40,268 bases of DNA from NCBI GenBank assembly GCA_002269645.1, contig NIVC01004627.1:1-40268 (forward strand), written 5' to 3'. A model generated the notes under the pieces. It made no database searches. It was given only the letters and a program-made list of their open reading frames with translations, and was not told the DNA's origin. This document shows, piece by piece, positions 11,437 to 40,268 of the stretch. Every line of letters begins with the position of its first letter. Position 1 is the first letter of the stretch. The stretch is from Macrostomum lignano (taxonomy: Eukaryota). A program made the translations under genes and the position numbers.

Positions 11437-12719
11437 GGCTGAAACTTAGGGTAAAAAAAAGAAGAAAAATCAAGCTACTGCAATCCTTAGCAGTTAAAAT
11501 TCAGTGGTAACACAGCAATAAGGAAATATAATAGACAGAAAAAAGCTCAATTATTTCAAAATCTAAAGAATAATCCATATAATTTTTAATTAATCTGACA
11601 GAAAACAAGACAAGAAGTTGTAAGCGGCAAAGTCGAAGGACCTTACAAAGCGAAGAGAAAGTGCGCTGTGACTGAGTGTAGAGAATAGCAAAAGCAGAAA
11701 CATAATTGACCAATAAGAGTAGAAAGTTGAATAATTCCAGCAAAGTCAAAATGTCACGCCTTGTAGACAGACGAGTTAAGAGGCAACTGCGCTTAGCACT
11801 CGAGAACTGCTGACTGGATTATAAAGCATTCTGAGTAGGTAAAAGCAATTATTAAAGTTGAATAATTGAGACTTTGCTATTAATAAACAGAGGAATTAAT
11901 AAATACGGGGATACAACTGCTATATTATTGCAAATATTATTATTAATAAAGGCATTTTATTGCGAGAAAATCGACTAGGGGTAAAATACACAAATCAGAT
12001 AGTATGAGTACATTGGCTATAAATTAGCAATCCATTCTATTCCTTCATTTATGAGCTATAGAATAGCAATCCATTTGATTTCTGCCACCATTGATTATAT
12101 AGAATTATTCGCAATAACTTTAGTACGTTAATATTTTAATAATAAGATTCTTGTCATCATTGAATGAACAGGGACAAAAAACTGAGGCAGAAAGTCAAAT
12201 TAATACACAAAGGGTAGTTTTTCATGATAACTAAGTTCTGTGTACAAGACTAGTGCATAAATACTGCTCATACTTAACTCATCTATAAACCTGTAAGCCA
12301 TCTAAGCCATCTAGTAATCAAACCACGAATTCCGTATACTAATATAAAATTAATTTGGAGTACAAAATCTCAAATAAGAACACGACAGCAAATGGTACAA
12401 CACTGGAGCTGTATAGGAAAAGCTTTAATGTATGAAACGGGGGTCGTTAAACGGGCATAAATGGATAGACAGAAAACGCGCAAAGAAAAACTATTTAATA
12501 AATAAATAAAAATCACATGGCACAAAGAGCGCCAATATATATTTGATTTTAGGCTCTCTACAACATAATTTTGGTGTAAACTGACTAAATATATAACAAG
12601 TTTTACACCGCTATATATAGTAACCCTATGTTCTAACTGCACAGAGGGAAAAGGTTTTAATTAACTTTAATTCGCAGTTAATTGAGATACCTAATTTTGT
12701 CCTCGATTATAGAGGGACA

Positions 12720-13040
12720 GACGTGCGACGGGCGTAAAGTGAGGTGCGGAGGGGCAGGGAGTGAGGTTGCACACGACGGGCGGCGGGCGTAAAGTGGGGT
12801 GCGGAGAGACAGGGAGTGAGGTTGCACGCGACGGGCGGCGGGCGTAAAGTGGGGTGCGGAGAGGCAGGGAGTGAGGTTGCACGCGACGGGCGGCGGGCGT
12901 AAAGTGGGGTGCGGAGAGGCAGGGAGTGGGGTCGCATGCGACGGGCGTGCCTAAAGTGGGGTGCGAAGGGCAAGGAGCGGATGGGTGGGTGCGCGACGGG
13001 TGGCAAGCGTAAAGTGAGGTGCGGAGGGGGCAGGCAGTCA
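12720..13040. repeat. Degenerate G-rich minisatellite, ~55-60-bp unit
   Basis: Repeated GGGCGTAAAGTGGGGTGCGGAGAGGCAGGGAGTGAGGTTGCACGCGACGGGCG. It explains the spurious ORFs 12691-13114. Confidence 0.9.
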
Positions 13041-13247
13041 GTGGATGTAACCCATAGATTGGAGCTGGTGTCGAGCTCTGCGTATGGTTCAGTATACGAA
13101 CTGTTATAACCCAAAGGCGGTCAGATAGAAAAATGTTAAAATTTTTCTTTTATTCAAAAATGTTGAAAAATGTTTTGAGTTTGTTTTGACTACTGCTTTG
13201 GCCCCAATAGCCGGTGCTTCTATACAGTTCTCAGCAACTGTTAATAA

Positions 13248-32495
<19,248 letters not shown>

Positions 32496-32879
32496 TTCTA
32501 TAAGTTTAAATTAAAATTACAGCAGCTAGTAAAGCTAAAATTTTACCCGAAAAAAATTAATCTAGATTTAAGGCGCGTCAGCGTCGCTAGTATGCTGCCG
32601 TAACATAAGATTAAGAGATAAATAATTGTGAAGCCAATGTGAATCAATGAATTTCCGGATACAAAGTCTAATATATTTTAAATAAAATAGCTGTTAAAAA
32701 ATTAATACCTAGCTTTAAACGTGATACTGCGCTACGAAAAGTCTTTCTCGACTACGCCTTGCGATAAAAATGCTGCCGAAAGATACGAGTTAAAAGCACG
32801 CCACTTTCTGTGTACATCGATGTTCCTATCGTTGATAACGAAAAATGTTAATGATTTACAGGATTTTAAAAAGCCATTG

Positions 32880-32887
32880 TGACGTCA
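32880..32887. promoter_or_regulatory. Palindromic CRE (TGACGTCA) upstream of PKC
   Basis: Perfect 8-mer 385 nt upstream of the PKC ATG. It could occur by chance. Confidence 0.3.
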
Positions 32888-33103
32888 GCGCATTTTGTTT
32901 TTTTAGCACTAAACTAAACAAAAGCAAAGACTCTAACGAAAGTAACGACTACTTCATCGCTATGTATTTTGTATTTATAAATGATGTATTGTAGGAATGA
33001 TTCACCCATTTCAACACAGTGCCTAAATTTAAATCCTAGTTTTTTAAATCAAGGTATCTGAAAGCATATTAGGTTTTGAGGTTAAACAGAATCTATTACT
33101 ATC

Positions 33104-33168
<65 letters not shown>

Positions 33169-33215
33169 CCATCCTTCAATAAATAGATAAATGAATGAAT
33201 GAATGAATGAATGAA

Positions 33216-33246
<31 letters not shown>

Positions 33247-33250
33247 ATCC

Positions 33251-33283
<33 letters not shown>

Positions 33284-33300
33284 CCAATCAATCAGTCAGT
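33104..33300. repeat. Compound tetranucleotide microsatellite (TCAA)n-(GAAT)n-(AAAT)n-(TCAA)n-(TCAG)n
   Basis: Read directly from the sequence; immediately precedes the TCTA array. Confidence 0.95.
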
Positions 33301-33324
33301 CTATCTATCTTCCATCAATCGATA

Positions 33325-35279
<1,955 letters not shown>

Positions 35280-35517
35280 TCATATAATACATACAGTATT
35301 AGTTGCACACTACTACGGGTAGCATCATTTGGCTATCTTGTCAACAAATCGCTAGAGCGGCAGTCGATTGTCCAATTAAAATACAACGTCTTACTGTACG
35401 CAGCCCTCATGTGTAAGATTGCTATAAGTGTAAGCATTGTTGCTAGCTGATTCATTTCTAGACACGGACAAACCAGTGAGTAATACGACCAACAGTTCAG
35501 AGCAATAGGTTTGCAAG

Positions 35518-38937
<3,420 letters not shown>

Positions 38938-39282
38938 GTGAGCGTTTGTCTTTGCTGGGGCGTTAAGAAAAACTAGTGTTAAAATCAGCTGAAAATTTCA
39001 CATCGCTTGAATTTGGGACCACAATTTCATCATTTTGGCCTGAAAACACAACCGTCGAACTTGAGCCTTGAGATCTAGATCTACAACCCTAGCATTTGTG
39101 TCCGGATCTAAAAATCTACGGTTGCATTAATGTCCAGATCTACAACCCTGACATTGGTGTTTAGATCTAGATCTAGATCTAGATCGACATTCTTCGCACT
39201 TGGGTCTGTACCTCAACCCTGGCACTTTCGTGTGTGTTTGATGTCGGGTAAAAGATTTTGAAATAATAACCCGGTAAAATCC

Positions 39283-39525
39283 TGTTACATTGTGTAAGCA
39301 GCGCCTGGTATTGTGTGCGTGAGGTGGTTGTTAGCGGCTGCGCCGCGTGACTCTGCTATCTCTCCCTTGCGCGAACAATATCAAGTGTGCATGGTGCGAC
39401 TTTAGCCACTGCCCTGACTCAGCTTAATTCAGTCAATAAATATACTGGCCACTATTATTCTCGCCTGCAAGCTTTCGGAAACTATCGACTACAACAAGCA
39501 GTCTAGTCTCGTTTCACTCCCTACA
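39283..39525 (+). mobile_element. Possible 5' LTR of the gypsy element
   Basis: Begins TGTTACA, contains AATAAA (39435-39440) and ends ...CTACA just upstream of gag. No clean primer-binding site, and the second LTR is not in the window. Confidence 0.3.
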
Positions 39526-39574
39526 GTGCATCGCAAGCAAACCGCATCCAACGCGAGCATGGGCCACAAATTAC

Positions 39575-40090
39575 ATGGCTCTAATTCCCCCTCAAACATT
39601 TGTCATCTCCGACGACCCGCACAATGCTGGCGAGCGTTGGCGCGTATCGCGTTTCGCAGACTTTATGGAGGCGTCCGGACTTGCAAATGAGAACCAGAAG
39701 TGCAAGCTTCTCTGCTACACTGCCGGAAAGGTCTTGAACATCGTTCGCGAGCTGCCAAAGCCTCGGGGTGAAGGCGAACAGAAGGAGCACACACTGGCCA
39801 GCATCTTCGAAGGACTGAAGCGCAATTTCGACAACATGAAAAACATCGTTTTCTCGAGATACCAATTTCCTCTGTGCGTCCAACGATCCGGTGAGAAAAT
39901 CGAGGCCTGGTACAGCAGACTGCGAATTCAACAACCTGCGGGACTCGCTCAACTAGGACCAGATTTTTGCGAAATGCACCTTCGACACACTGCGCAGACG
40001 GCTACTCCAAGAAGCAGACATCACGCTGGACGTTGCCCTGCGAAAGGCATGAGCATTCGAAGCTGCGGAAGAGCAGGCTGCTGAGTTGCT
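39575..40090 (+). mobile_element. Degenerate Ty3/gypsy gag (Mag/K02A2.6-like) in the GPCR intron
   Basis: W...F..FMEASG...QKCKLLCYTAG...L...F...KNIVFSRYQF..CVQRSGEKIEAWYSRLR; after a frameshift it continues CEFNNLRDSLN*DQIF...LRRRLLQEADITLDVALRKA*AFEAAEEQA. Two stops and a deletion indicate a dead copy. Confidence 0.8.
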
Positions 40091-40268
40091 GACCACCGAC
40101 GCCCAGGTAAGCTAGCACCGTAGTCCCAGGCAGCAAAGCAGCGACGGGCAGACCAGCGAGCGGAAAGCAGCTGACGGAACCACATAGCGCGCTCGAGCAG
40201 CGTTAGCAGGAAGTCAGCAACATAGCTCGGCTCTGACGCAGCGTTAGCAGGTCAGCAACAGACTCGGC

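Noticed and set aside
12691-13114. Pro/Arg-rich ORFs (also 13992-14261 and 19272-19742)
   Set aside because: These are translations of minisatellites.

Overview
Eukaryotic (animal) genomic DNA with spliced genes. GC-rich exons and introns full of 14-60 bp minisatellites suggest a free-living flatworm such as Macrostomum, but this is inference. Four protein-coding loci were reconstructed by hand from GT-AG boundaries and phase continuity. (1) The last three exons of a class I cyclic-nucleotide phosphodiesterase (+, 77-1671), carrying apparent frameshifts. (2) An unrecognised multi-exon gene (-, 10586-3062, about 780 codons if one locus) with an RFX X-box at its 5' end and an unresolved middle junction containing an in-frame TGA. 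(3) A complete 15-exon conventional protein kinase C (-, 32495-13248, 684 aa) whose hydrophobic motif has Glu instead of the phosphorylated Ser. (4) The first three exons of an NPFF/SIFamide-receptor-like GPCR (+, 35518-38937), head-to-head with the PKC across a ~2 kb (TCTA)n array. Repeats include a tRNA-derived SINE family (4 copies, one with a 14-bp TSD), a deleted Tc1/mariner element with a nested 155-bp palindrome, a decayed Ty3/gypsy gag, a possible decayed hammerhead-SINE, and many mini- and microsatellites. No CRISPR array, rRNA or intact tRNA gene was found. No clearly new multi-gene system is demonstrable; the best leads are the PKC hydrophobic motif, the orphan X-box gene and the structured SINE. 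All homology calls are from recall, not database searches.
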